DNA of 64,000 nucleotides from Gracilinanus agilis (Eukaryota): the NCBI RefSeq assembly GCF_016433145.1, contig NC_058131.1:63163253-63227252 (forward strand). Reading direction: 5' to 3'. The notes under the pieces are model-generated. The model did not search any database and had not been told where the DNA came from. It worked only from the letters and a program-made list of their open reading frames with translations. Positions 36,990-49,828 of this stretch are shown piece after piece. The position numbers and the translations under genes were made by a program. Within the stretch, counting starts at the first letter, position 1; each line of letters opens with the position of its first letter.

Positions 36990-37250
36990 TTGGAGAGGCA
37001 TATCTAGGGGCCAAAGCAGGTCTTGGTCCTCGGCCCCATTTTGGTACTTTTTAATCAATTATCTGAATGAAGGCAGTCAATTGTGGATAATGTAGAGAGG
37101 GATAATTAATGTATGGGTGATAGAATCAGGATAGCAAAAGGCTCAGACAGGCTGAAACTAATGGTGGAATTGTTCATGGATTCATCTGTGCAAAATCCTG
37201 TGCTGGAAGCTGGGGCTATTAAGATGAAAAACTGCCAGTGAGGTGCTCCC
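36990..37250 (+). mobile_element. Degenerate CR1/L3 RT fragment
   Basis: Resembles the QGSVLGP.LF.IFIN and IQ.DL.RL segments of CR1 RT. Confidence 0.55.
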
Positions 37251-40200
37251 AGTCTGATGGTGGCAGGAGATGAAGGGAAAGTCTTCGTCTGATCTATTTA
37301 TTTATTTATTTATTTATTTATTTTGCACATTTTACCTCACAGGGTGCTTGTGAGGAAGCACTAGGTCTTCACTTGTTACGGAGATGGGGGCATTGATGCA
37401 TTGAGGATGTTCCTGACCACCTCTGTGATGCTGTCCAATTCTTCTGAGACTTAGTTCCCTCTTCTGTAAACTGAAAGGATAATGTTTTAGGTCTATGAGT
37501 TTTAGAATATGCTCAGACTTTGGGCACTCTGTTCAGATACAGAGGCCGATGGTGGCTTTGGAGAGTGTCAGCAACTAGCCCCCATTTTGATGTAATTAGC
37601 CCAGAGTATTAACCCACATGAATATAGTATTTATATTGCTTTCTTCCTAATCATCCTGGAAGACAAGGAATAAGAATAGCACCCCCATTTTAGGGATGAA
37701 TGGGAATGGAAGCAGTATATCGGATTTGTATCCAGGCCCAAATGGGGAAAGTGAGCTCCAAGTCTATTCACTGTGTCAGAAGCAGGACTAGAATTCCTTC
37801 CACCCCTCTACAGTCACAGCCATCACCAAAGCAAACATTGCATGTTGCCTTTTTTTTCATAACATTTTCCAGCTCAGAGGTGTCTGTGGTATTTGTGTTG
37901 ATCTGATTTCCTTTGGACATATGTTAGAAGATGGGCAGGAGACCACTGAAACAATGGTTTGGATTTTGCCTTGGACCCCATCTCCAAGACCCCAAGCCAT
38001 CTCCATCCTGGCTTGACTTGATCAGTAATTTCAGCTGGGCCCCTTGGCTGTGCCCTTCATGTTCTCAGTGCTGCTAATAGTTGAGTTATTGCTGGGACTC
38101 TTGGCCCTGTGAAAACAGGCCTCGAGCCCCATTTCTGTTGCCCTCCTTTGTGTACCTCACCAAAAATTGCCTTTTTTTTTTTTTAAACCATTTCCCCTCC
38201 CCTTCACAGAAACCTAAAATAGTGATCAGACTATCCAGGAGCTCTGGTCACTACTGATATTTTAACCCCATCTGGAAGAAGCCTGACCTATGGCTGTGGG
38301 TACTGGTTAGACTTCAGGAATTGCTTGTTTCAGGGACTTGGAGAAGGGAGCCTCTACTGTAGTCCCTTGGTGAATGTAGGCCCTTCTCAGCATCTGTTTG
38401 CTCATCTGTAGAACAAGGGCTTTGGACAAGGCCCCTTCTGCCTCTGAAATCCAATGATCCTCCTCTCCCAAAGGCAGGTGGGGAGTGTGGAGCAGAGCCA
38501 AGTGGGTTGTTTCCCTGGAGGCTCATCTTGATGTCCCCCATAGACACTTCCTTCTACCCTGGGCCCATACAGCTACCCTAGCAAAGCCTGAATGCCTGGA
38601 GAGACTCCTATTGTTTACTACTATTCTAGATGAGGAGTGGAGGCTGAGGTGCTGTCTTGAGATTCACTTTAACTGAGCATATATTGTGCCCCTTTCACAG
38701 GTCAGGGTTGGAGGGACTATCCAGACTCTGTATATGTTGTCTGTAACTGAAAATGATTTTTCTCTCTACTTCCTTATTCCTCTTCCCAAAGAAAGGAGGG
38801 GCAAAAGGAGCTTTGGAATAAAATTATTTTTTATCCTACATGTCTTTTTTTTGGTTTTTAATGTTTCTGCAAATACCGTTTATTGTGACCTCACAGTCAT
38901 TTCATCTGTACCTGTAGATCAAACCCACCCTTGCGGCAAAAACAATGATGAAGAAACATCTAAGGGAGTATTGGCAGTGCCTGTGATAGGCTCCCCAAGT
39001 GGTCCTCCACTTCTTTCCTGTGAAGGAGCTACTAATGTTACATGGAACCTTCACAGGGTTTTCTGTTATTCCAAGTCTGGCATCCTTCTAGTGCTGTCTT
39101 CATTAACATGGTTGTTGTAGTCATGGTGTGTTTTCTCTTAAATCCCATGTTTCTGAATACATTCATTATTTCTTATTGCATGATACTATTCCATTGCATT
39201 CATAGATCATAGTTTGTTCAGCTACTTTCCAGTTTATGGGCACTGGCCCTCTGTCACTCTAGAGGGCAACGATGCTGCTTTGAATATTTTGGTGTATGTT
39301 GGAATATTTTCTCTGTCTTTGACTTTCTTGGGCCCTAGATCTACTAGTGAGTTTTCCTACATATCCCATTTCCTTTATCTCCAATATATCTTCCCCTACC
39401 TTCATTCCTCCTCCTATCACCTTATAATCACCCTAATATCCCCATTTATCTTTCTTTTGACCCAAACTGCATTTCTTTTGACCTTACTCAGATTATCAGA
39501 TTATTTACCTTATTTTTTGATAACAGTACAAAGGTATACACTTTATACCTTTAAAGTACAAAGGTATACACTTTAGCTCCTTAAAAAAAAAAAAACCAAT
39601 TAACAAGCATTTATTACATTTCTTGTGTGCCAGCACTGGGCTAAGCCATGGAAATACAAATGCAAGCAGGAAGATAGTCTTTGCCCTCAGGGAGCTTTCA
39701 GTCTAGTGATGGGAAGATGGGGATGGAAGGGGTAGCACCTCAAGGTAGAGAAATACTTGGGAATCAGGAGTGCGGCCTAGAAAGAAATGAAGACATGATG
39801 GGCCTTCTTAATATCCTTCTTAAAATACATGTCCTGGGAGAAACCAGCTACTTTGAGTCACCATGGAGCAGAGGATACTTCCAGAGTAAGAAGTCTTGGG
39901 GTGAGTGAACTCTCTGAATGAATAAATAGATTTCTGTGGAATGGTAGAGAAGGCCTGGAAAGCCAGGAATGCAGTTTGGAAATGAATTCCAAATTAACAT
40001 CTGGAACAGCTGGTCTGCTTCAGAGTTCCACCACCAGTAAGAGTGTGCCTTCTCCAAAAATGACTTTTTCCATTTTTGATCATCTTTGCCAATTTCTATG
40101 GAATGTGATGAAACCTTGGAGTCATTTCAATGTACATTTCACTTATTAGTGACTCAGGATATGTTTTCATGTGGTTCTTTATATTTTGCAATTTTTCTTT

Positions 40201-40574
40201 TGAAAACTTTGTCCTTTGACCATTTATCTTGGCTCTGATCTTAGAAATGGGATTGGATAGAATCACTCATTTGAGAGGGAGAAGAATTGGGTAGTACAGG
40301 AGCCAGTCCTCTTCAAACACAAAGAAGGAACAGTCATTTAACCTAGGCAACTCAATGCCAGTTGCAGAGAAGATGCCAACCTACATTGATAAAAGATTAT
40401 AGATTTAAATTTGGAAGAACCTTTAAGGCCATTGAGTCTAATCCCCTTCATTGTACAGATGAGGAAACTGAGGCAAATGGGGTTAAATAATTTGCAGATG
40501 GTTACAAGTGAGGCAGAATTTAAACTCTTCTTCCTGAGCCCAAGCCCAGTGCTCTATCCATTGACCCCTCTACC

Positions 40575-40765
40575 TTTCTTTTAATCCTTCCTTTCTGACT
40601 TAAAATCAATACCGTATATTGGTTCCAAAGCAGAAGAGTGGTAAGGGCTAGTCAATGGCGATTAAGTGAGTTGTTCAGGGTCACACAGCTAGAAAGTGTC
40701 TAGGTCAGATTTGAATTCATCTCTAGGCCTGGTTCTCAATTCACTAAGCCACTTAGCTGCCCTCT
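40575..40765 (-). mobile_element. SINE1_Mdo-like SINE
   Basis: ggttccaaagcagaagagtggtaagggcta...cacttagctgccc. Confidence 0.8.
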
Positions 40766-41621
40766 CCATAATTTGACAATTGTCTCTTCCCATATTTCCC
40801 TGTAGGTAGTGGGGTAAGATAATTCCAATCCCAGAAACATCCCAGCCATTGTGAGAGTCAGCAGGCCACTTCCCTAGGATTTAAAGGCTTCAACCTCACT
40901 AGGACCATTTTCTTTGGGTCTTTGGGATGGATCATTGCATAGAGAGGTGTGTACATTTGGGGGTCACCACTATTGGGGTGGGGAGAGCTCTTCCCCAAAA
41001 TAAACAAAGGTGGAGGAATGAGTAAGGGATATGGTCAGGACCTACAAATTCACTAACTTCTTATCCCACCCTCCTTCATCTACAGCTCTGTGAAGAAGGT
41101 GTAGCTCAAATGGATCTTGGTTGAACTGGGACTGACATCAGATACCAGGAACCAGTTGGGCATAGGGAGAGTCAAAGACCAGGGACTACTAAATGTTTGT
41201 CAGTCGATGAGCCATTAAATGACTGCCATGAGCCAGGTACCAGGAGATGCGAAAAAGAGGAGAAAGTCAGTTTCCATCTCTGAGGAGTTCACACTTCAGA
41301 ACTCGCTTCTAAGACCCCATCCTTCCATCCATACTTCCCACCATAACATGACTGGTCTGGAGCAGGTGAAGGCAAAGAGAGCTCCATGGAAGCTAAAGAT
41401 ATAGGGCTGAGGCATGGATGGCATAACAGCTAAGAAACAACTAGATGAATCTAGTCTAATGGCCCTCCCATCTTTTCCTAGGAAATTGAGTTTGTTCCTA
41501 TTTTAGCCAGGTCTGGCTTACTTCATCTCTAAAAGAAGAGGTCTGGGAGTGATGTGGGGCACCTGTCAGGAAAGGAAGGCAAAGAGCACCTCTCTAGGGA
41601 CCCCAATTAAAGGATGCGAAA

Positions 41622-41663
41622 GGATATTTAAGGCACACCTTATTTGGTGTGCCTTAAATATCC
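41622..41663. repeat. Perfect 18-bp inverted repeat with a 6-nt spacer, centred on the CArG box CCTTATTTGG (41638..41647)
   Basis: ggatatttaaggcacacc-ttattt-ggtgtgccttaaatatcc. Confidence 0.9.
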
Positions 41664-43849
41664 CCTCTGAAAGGCTTGGATCGCTCCTCATGAAAGCATC
41701 AATAAGTGAAATCTAAGCAATCTTAAAACTAGAAGGGGCTTTAGAGATTGCTATCTACAACCTAGTCATCTATAGTTGAGGAAACCAAGGCCCAGGGAAA
41801 TATAGTAATTGGCCTAAGATCACACAACTAGAAAACTAGAGTGTTGGAACTAGAAAACAGATTTCCTGACCCATTTTGTTGCATATAAACTGGTAGAACA
41901 ATTCAGTGGAGTTATGGGGATAGGGTGTGGGAAAAATCTATCGTTTGTGGAAAGGTAATAGGGAGTGGTGTCTCCTGTTGATGGTGGAGGTATGCTAGAG
42001 GTAGAGGTCATAAACCATGGTAAAGTAGCTGAATGACCAAAGTATTCAAAGGGAGAAGGGGACTTAAGGGGGAAAGGATTTTAAGACAGGTACTAAATTT
42101 ATTGGGAAGAAAGAAATGTGATTTGAAGCTCCAGGAATGCCATTTATGAGGACATGAATGGAATGGACTACACGTTAAAGAAGGTGATTGCCAATTGAGG
42201 GTAGAAAGGAACTGAAAGAGGCAGTGGGGAAACAAGGAGTATACCCTATGTGTCAAGGAATGTGAAAGAAGAGGCAGTAAGCCTTGGAGCAAATGTAAGA
42301 GAGATGGTGTCTTCAAGAGAAAGTCAGGTTTCAGAAAGGCACCAAATGTTGGAAAGAAGAGGAAGAGGTGAGAGGAAGAGATTTTGGGTGGAGAGTTTTA
42401 ACAGTAAGAAGAATTCCAGAGGATACAGGGAAAGGGGGCCAGAGGGTGAACTTATTTATGAGGGAGGAGGCAGAATGGCTGCTGATAGGTGCTGCCTTTG
42501 ACTTTGATCCCACCCCCTCCCTCCACATACATTGATCTTGAGAAGCTCCCACTAGTCCCACCTACATGGCATGTTATCACCCTGTTAGGTGATAGGATGA
42601 TTGGCCTGACTGGAATCCAAGACCCAATGGAGTTTGTGTTCTACTTGAAGTGAAGCTGCCCCCTTCTTTGTTGCCTCTTGGGCTGGATATCTGGTCATTC
42701 TTGTTCTTACTGGCTACGTACAATAGAAATATAATTCCAACCTTGAGAAATCACAACTGAGACTATGAGAAATGGCATGCTATGTCCCTTCCTTCTCTAC
42801 AAGGAGATCCCTCTACTCTGAGCCCAGGCATAATGTTAGACTGAATTCATTCCTGGGGAGAACCTGGCCTGTAACAAGAGGGGTTCTGCTTCCTTCTCTC
42901 ACATTCTTCAGGTCTTGATCTCCAACCGCCCGGGACAAATTTACTCGTAGCTTGGGTTATTAGCTATGATTCATTTCTAGATTTTCCAAAAAGATACTCA
43001 AAGTATAACCCATATGGGTAATTTATTCCTATATACAAACTATTTGTTAATTTAAAACACTCATATCTTGTATAAACAGAATGACTCAAAATGGTATTCA
43101 GCAGCTTAACTCATAATTACTATTACAGTGTACTGGGAATCTGAAAGTTCATCAAAACAGTTTGCAAGGCTGCTGATTGGGCATTTTGCATTTCACATCA
43201 GCTCTCTCTACTCTCCAAATAAACCCAGGACACGTCTGCTGGTAAAATGGCCAGGCACGCGCCCACTCTTTTCAGGAGCCGTCTTCTGGAAGAGCACTGA
43301 AGTCTGCTGGAGATGCCTCCTTTGCCACCATTTAGATCCAGCAAAATGGGATGATGCAGGATCTCTGGAACCCTGGAAGTCCAGGCCTAAATAAGTTCAT
43401 CTCTGTGTAGATACTTGTTCACCCGAGATCAGGGAAAAAAATCCCCCAAAAGGCAGTTGAAATCCAGGTTTAGGCTTGCCTTGAAAGGACGTGTGTTTGG
43501 GGTGTTGTGTGCTGGTGGCCACATGGAGGTCAGAGTAGGCATTAGGGGGCACTGCTTCTTTTCTCTCCACCCTCACCTACTTAAGAAGCTTGAAGTGGTC
43601 CTGACGTGATCAGCAGCTGGAAAAGGAAGAGAGGCTGAGGGAAATGGTTGCTTCTTTTTAGATACCCACTGAGTCATCAGCCCTTCTGGCCCCTCAGCAA
43701 ATAAGAAGACTCTCATCTCAGTTCGAAGCCAGGATAACTCACATGTGGCTGGAAACAAGCTCCCAAACTCCCATGTGGTCAGCCAGAAGTGGGAATGGCA
43801 AATCTGAACACGCTCCATGGATTGGTACCTATAGACCAATTCAATTCTA

Positions 43850-44105
43850 CTTGTTCAGTCATTTCAGTCATGTCTGACTCTTTGCAAACCGATTTGGGGT
43901 TTTCTTGGTAAAGACACTTGAAGTAGTTTGCCATTTTCTCCTCCAGCTCATTTTACAGATGAGGAAACTGAGGCAAACAAGGTGAAGTGATTTACTCAGG
44001 GTAACCTGGTTGGTAAGTGTCTGAAAGCCAGATTTGAACTCGGGAAGATGAGTCTTCCTGACTTCAGGCATTAGACTCTCTCCACTCTGCCACCTAGCTG
44101 CCCCT
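43850..44105 (-). mobile_element. MAR1-like CORE SINE, near full length
   Basis: ttgttcagtcatttcagtcatgtctgactc...gatgaggaaactgaggc...ccacctagctgcccc. Confidence 0.85.
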
Positions 44106-44527
44106 CAACCCTTCTATGTAATATATAAGATCACTGAGATAACATGAGGCAATATGGTGGAAAGAACCCTGGAATTAGGTGTCCTGCTGCAAACTAACTG
44201 GGTGACCTCAAAGTGACTTAAATTCTCCCAACTTCAGCTTCCTTTTCTCTAAAATGGAAATCGTAATACTTGTACTACTCACCTCACAAGATTGTTATGA
44301 CTGTATGACACCCACCGAGATAGGTGGAACCCAGCTGGCATTTTTCTGGTTTATTTGTATTTATTTTTATTAACTTGTTTATTTATTTTGGGGATCCAAG
44401 ATTTTATTTTATTGGTTTCTTTCTGAAATTGCATACTAGTGAAAAAAGAGAGGTAAGAGGAAATTCCCAGGACAAAAGATGTTACAAGATGTTGCACTGA
44501 ACAAGATGCTTTAAAAAGACAGAAATA

Positions 44528-44743
44528 GGGGCAGCTAGATGGTTCAGAAGAAAGAGGGACAGACCTGGAGAGGGAAGGTCCTGGGTTAAAATCTGGCCTC
44601 AGATACTTAATTGTGTGGCCCTGGTCAAGCCACTCAATCCCATCTAGCTAGCCCTTAGTACTCTTCTGCCTTGGAACTGGTAGTGGGTATTGATTCTAAG
44701 ATAGAAGGTAAGAGTTTTAAAACAAACAAACAAAAAAAAAAAA
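44528..44743 (+). mobile_element. SINE1_Mdo-like SINE with imperfect TSD
   Basis: ggggcagctagatggttcag...A tail; flanks aaaagacagaaat and aaaggacagagat. Confidence 0.85.
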
Positions 44744-45544
44744 GGACAGAGATGAGGAATAGGGTAAAAACCACCTAGAGAGTCAGGATAGACAATAACA
44801 TAACCCACTATAGCAGGGTCTATAGACTAGAATGAAGCTGACTAATAGAACAGGAGCTTGAGATTTTGAGCGTAGACATACAATTCAGTCCTGTCCTTTG
44901 ACTATTTATTCAGGCCTTGTTCTGAGGAAAAGGCTCTAGTAGATCTAACATTCTATTCCATTTCCTTCCTATTATGTGATCAGAAATGGAAAGGCCTTGG
45001 AAAGACTTATATGAACTGATACAAAGTGAATTGAGCAGAACCAGGAGAGCATTTAAAAAAGTAATAGCAATATTGTTTAATTATTGTGAATGAGTTAGCT
45101 ATTCTCAGCAATACAGTGATCCAAAACAAACCTCAAGGACTCATGATGAAAAATCCATCTCCACAGAAAGAACTCAAGGAATCTGAATGCAGATGGAAAC
45201 ATACTATATTTCACTTCCTTTCTTCCTTTTTTAGTTAAAGTTCTCTTTCTTTTAAAAAAATTCTTTAGATCTGGCTTTATTTATGTAAAAAATGTTTTAT
45301 AAATTTCCAACATTTTAAAAAGAATTTTAAGCCTCAAATTCTCTCCCTCCTTCCCTTCTCTATCTGAGATGGTTCCAGTTCTCTTTCACCAAATGACTAA
45401 TATGGGAAAATGTTTCACATTATTACACTGTAAAATCTATATCAGATTGTTTGCCATCTCAGAAAGGGGGAGGGGAGGGAGGGAGAGAATTTGGCTCAAT
45501 TTTTTAAAATGAAAGTTCAAAATTGTTTTTTACATGCAATTGTC

Positions 45545-45945
45545 GAAAAAAGAGAAAGGAGAGGAAAAAGAAAGCAGGAGAGAAAATAGAAAGAAGGAAG
45601 GATGGAAAAGGAAAGGAAGGAAGAAGGAACNNNNNNNNNNNNNNNNNNNNNNNNNNNNNNNNNNNNNNNNNNNNNNNNNNNNNNNNNNNNNNNNNNNNNN
45701 NNNNNNNNNNNNNNNNNNNNNNNNNNNNNNNNNNNNNNNNNNNNNNNNNNNNNNNNNNNNNNNNNNNNNNNNNNNNNNNNNNNNNNNNNNNNNNNNNNNN
45801 NNNNNNNNNNNNNNNNNNNNNNNNNNNNNNNNGGAAGAGAAAGGAAGGAAGGAAGGAAAGAAGGAAGAAAGAAAGACAGGTGAAAGGAAGGAAGGAAGGA
45901 AAGAAGGAAGAAAGAAAGACAGGTGAAAGGAAGGAAGACAGAAAA
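45545..45945. repeat. (GGAA/GAAA)n polypurine tract containing an assembly gap (N 45631..45832)
   Basis: Purine-only repeats on both sides of 202 Ns. Confidence 0.95.
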
Positions 45946-46040
45946 AAAGGATTTGAAAACAAACCAACCTATCTGCTCCAGATTAATACTGAATATAGCC
46001 CAGGAACTATGTACTCCGAGCCAACTCAAAGGGAAGGCTT

Positions 46041-46074
46041 GAGCGCCCCCCGGTGAGCAGTGAGGACACTGCAG
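46041..46074 (-). promoter_or_regulatory. CTCF site (core plus upstream motif)
   Basis: The minus strand reads ctgcagtgtcctcactgcTCACCGGGGGGCGCtc: a near-consensus core with a TGCAGT upstream module. Confidence 0.6.
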
Positions 46075-46479
46075 TCTTTGGAATGCTGTCTTGACAGTAT
46101 CCTCCCCTAGTGGTCGAAATTTATATGACACTCAAGCTTATAAATGAGTGAAGAATTAACTGACAAAATTGGCTTCTCTGTGGGTGGCAGAAAGGAGAAT
46201 TTTGAATCAGGTTTTTGGTCCAAGTGTCCTACCTCTATAAAGAGAGACCTCCGATGTGAGGCCACATTGTTCAATAGAAGGAGTCTCATCACCTTCCTTT
46301 TTTCCTCTCTCTGACGTTCTGGTGTTGGGGACTGAAGATGAAGGATATTTGTTTGGGCACAGGGAGTGCAGAAGCAGCTGCATTGGGGGTTTGCCCTGTA
46401 GCCATAGGGCTCCTGAGTTCCTCTGGCAATCAGCTAAGGAGCCCAGACTCACCTTGGGCATGCTATTATGTGATTTAAA

Positions 46480-46918
46480 AAAACAACTCTCACCTTGGGT
46501 CTTAGAATCCATTCTGTGTATATTGGTTCTAAGGTAGAAGATCCATAAGGGCTAGGCAATAGGGGTTAAGTGAGTTTCCCAGGATCACACAGCCAAGAAG
46601 TATCTGAGGTTTGATTTGAACCTAGGACCTCCCATCTCCAGGTCTGTTGGAGCCAGACTGAGCCACTTAGCTACGTCCCACTATTATGTGATATTGGAGG
46701 TGGGGGAAGAGTGAATAATAGTTGTCTTTTTTTTTTTTTTTAATTAAATCCTTACCTTCCGTCTTGGAGTCAATACTGTGTATTGGCTCCAAGGCAGAAG
46801 AGTGGTAAGGGTAGGCATTGGGGGTCAAGTGACTTGCCCAGGGTCACCCAGCTGGGAAGTGCCAGAGGCCAGATTTGAATCTAAGCCTGGCGCTCTGTCC
46901 AGCTACCCAGCTGCCCCC
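46480..46918 (-). mobile_element. Two tandem SINE1_Mdo-like copies (about 46480..46680 and 46745..46918)
   Basis: Both match the reverse-complement consensus and have T-rich tails. Confidence 0.8.
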
Positions 46919-47194
46919 AATAGTTATCTTTTGCAAATGGCTTCTGGTTCCTTTTTTGGGTAGTCCGGGCTCTGAATCCTCAGCACTTTCTCCTGGGAAG
47001 AGTAATGTGTGAACTCAGACATTAACAGCGCATCTGCTGCTGGCAACATTTATCGCCATCTGGTCTTTGACTTGAATGCTGAACAGTTGCATGGAGGGAG
47101 TCTCAATACTGTGCTTATTCTTCTATTTCTTTTGGTAAATGGATCTAAACTATAATGCAAATGTGCCTTCTTTCTGGGATGGAAATAAGAATCT

Positions 47195-47240
47195 TCATTC
47201 ATTCATTCATTCATTCATTCATTCATTCATTCATTCACTT
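47195..47240 (+). repeat. (TTCA)n microsatellite (L2 tail-derived)
   Basis: About 10 TTCA units. Confidence 0.9.
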
Positions 47241-49029
47241 ATTCATCCAACAAGATTTTTATAAGGACCCTACTCTGTCCCAGGTCCTTCACCAGGTGAG
47301 TGAGGCATGACCTATCCGGAAGCTTTCCCAGACTATACTGCGGAGGGGAGGATGAGGGTTAAGCCACCGATGTGATCGATTTGTGAAATATTCCGTGGGA
47401 CTCTCCTTTTCATGTTTGCAAAACCCTAGACCAAAGACCTTCAGAAGAAGCTAGGCTGGTGCTAAATGGTGGGGTTGGGGGGAGGTGGCCCACTGGCTGC
47501 ATTTAGGATGACTTTCTAACTATCCCGCCCGAAAGGGAGAGAGAGAGCCATGTCCTGGGTGGGGAATGTGAAGAGAAAAGGGAGGTGATGGGATGAAGCT
47601 CCCGAACTAACCTCTCTCCCTTCCTTTAGTGACAGTGACTGATCCCCACTTCCCATGGAATGATTCTCTCTCCCTTGGGCTCTAGGAGGATGCTCACGAG
47701 ATCTTAGAGATGTGAGCGGCCGGCTGGCTTTATCCTTTAGCCTAGGCTTCTGTCAGAGCTCTTCCAGGTCTCTAGTAAAGGGAGCGTGAGGGGATAGGGA
47801 GGAAAAAACCTTTTTAAAACCCTTACAGAAGGTATACTATGTATTGTCTCCAAGGCAGAAGAGTGGTAAGGGCTAGGCACTGGGGGTTAAGTGACTTGCC
47901 CAGGGTCTAGACTAGATTTGAACCCAGCAGCTCTCATTTCCACTGAGCCACCTAGTGACCCCGAGGAAGGAAATCTTTTTAAGACAGAGAATTTGGAGCC
48001 AGAAGATTCTTCTAGATCAGCCTTTCTACCAGTTGGTTGGAATGTTCTCCCTCCTCACCTCCTTCTCTTGGAATTTCTAGCTCCTTTTCGAGGTTCAGCT
48101 CCATAGCCAGGCCCTAGAAGGAGACCTCCCTGATTCCCCAGGTTTCCCTCCTCCCAATCGCTTTCCTCTGATTTTGTTTATATGCTCTCTTTACCTGTCT
48201 GAAGAAGACTGTAAACCCCGTGAGGGCAGAGACAGCATCATTTTCAGTGTCGCAGTGTCTGGAACATGGGCGTCTAATATGTAATTGTTGATTGACCATC
48301 TAGTCCAGCCCCCTTCACTTTTCAGAGGAGGATATTGAGTTTCAGAGAGAGGAAGGGATTGGCCCATCAGGTGACGCTCCTAGGAAGGAGGCTTCTTTGC
48401 TTTCGGATGTACTTGGCTCAGTCCCATCTCAGCGGTCACTTTGCTCCTTAGAACAGGGTTCCTGATCCATCAAATGATCAACATGTATTAAAGATGGATG
48501 CAAATACATAAAGGGGATGCAAATACAAAGGGAAACTAATCCTCGCCCTCAGGGACCTTACCTTCTACTAACTAGGGGCATACAAACACATGTCATAAAG
48601 TGGTGGCCAGGGAAGGGAACCACTCATAGCACCTGGGAATTGAGCCATAGGACAGTACTCCCATGTTCTTTCCAAGTAGCCATGGTAATGTTGATTTGAT
48701 TGCTATTCCTTGAAAAAAAGATGGAAAGCTGCATATCAAGGGAACAGTGCTCTCTTTGGAATTTGGGTGCCAAACAATACCAGGCAGGTGGCAAGATGCT
48801 GCCCCAGCCTCCTCCATTGGGGGTCCACCACAGCCTTCTCCTTCTCTAGCTTCTGTTCCAGGGGATTGAGTTTCCTCATCTGTAAAATGGGCATATTACT
48901 TCACTCTCAACCTCATGAGATTACTATAAGGAACATGCTTTTTTAAGCCTATAGAAATGGAAACTATAACTTTCCTCATCAATAATAGGAATCTGGTGCT
49001 GCTCAAGACCCTTCATTAAGAGTTTATTC

Positions 49030-49380
49030 AGTAATGAACTTCTCTACTAGCAGCAATGCAATGATCCAGGACAATTCTGAGGGACTTATGAGGAAGATCC
49101 TATCCACATCCAAAGAAAACTGTGGGAGCAGAAATGTGGAAGAAAAACAACTGCTTGATCACATGGGTCAATGGGGATATGATTGGGGATGTAGACTCTA
49201 AATGATCACCCCAGTGTAACTATCAGTAATATGGAATTAGGTCTTGATCAATGATACATGTAAAACCCAGTGGAATTGCATGTTGGCTATAGGAGGGGGT
49301 GGGAGGAGGGAAGGAAAAGAACATGAATCATGGAACCATGGAAAATTATTCTGAATTAATTAATTAAATGAAAATTTAAC
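49030..49380 (+). mobile_element. L1 (L1_Mdo-like) 3' UTR fragment
   Basis: ctctactagcagcaatgcaatgatccaggacaattctgagggac...aaaacccagtggaattg; homologous to 61090..61430. Confidence 0.8.
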
Positions 49381-49565
49381 CCCCCCCCAAAAAGAAATCA
49401 AGAGTTTCTTTCTTAGTATATACATTGCTTAAATAAATAAATTATTTTCAAACTAAAGCTTCAAAATACACACAAATGTTTTTCTCACAATTTTTGTTAA
49501 ATGACTGTTGTTAAATTGTTTTTGCTCAGTTGCTATGTACAAAAACTAGGCTAAAACTATATAAA

Positions 49566-49602
<37 letters not shown>

Positions 49603-49654
49603 CACACTAATCACTGTATCAACAAACGTAATTTTTATCATCCAAAAAAAAAAG

Positions 49655-49660
49655 TTTATT
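49655..49660 (-). terminator. Probable NOL3 polyadenylation signal
   Basis: AATAAA on the minus strand about 170 nt after the stop, followed by U-rich sequence. Confidence 0.6.
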
Positions 49661-49828
49661 CAAACCGAAATAGGAACAACCCAGACCCCAAGCCTTAGCT
49701 GTTCAGGAACTCTTGGGGCTAGGTTCCCCAACCTGATCATTCTCCTAGTCCAAAGAAGACCTCCCTCCTTCGTCTGGTCTGGCAGGTAGGATGGGATAGT
49801 GGTCATTTTAGTTGGCTCCATCATAAAT

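Noticed and set aside
45504-46131. Long ORFs in the track
   Set aside because: Artefacts of the N gap and simple repeats
47284-47295. Apparent 12-nt microexon (cag|gtccttcaccag|gtgagt)
   Set aside because: Lies in a decayed L2 tail, with no host gene on that strand there
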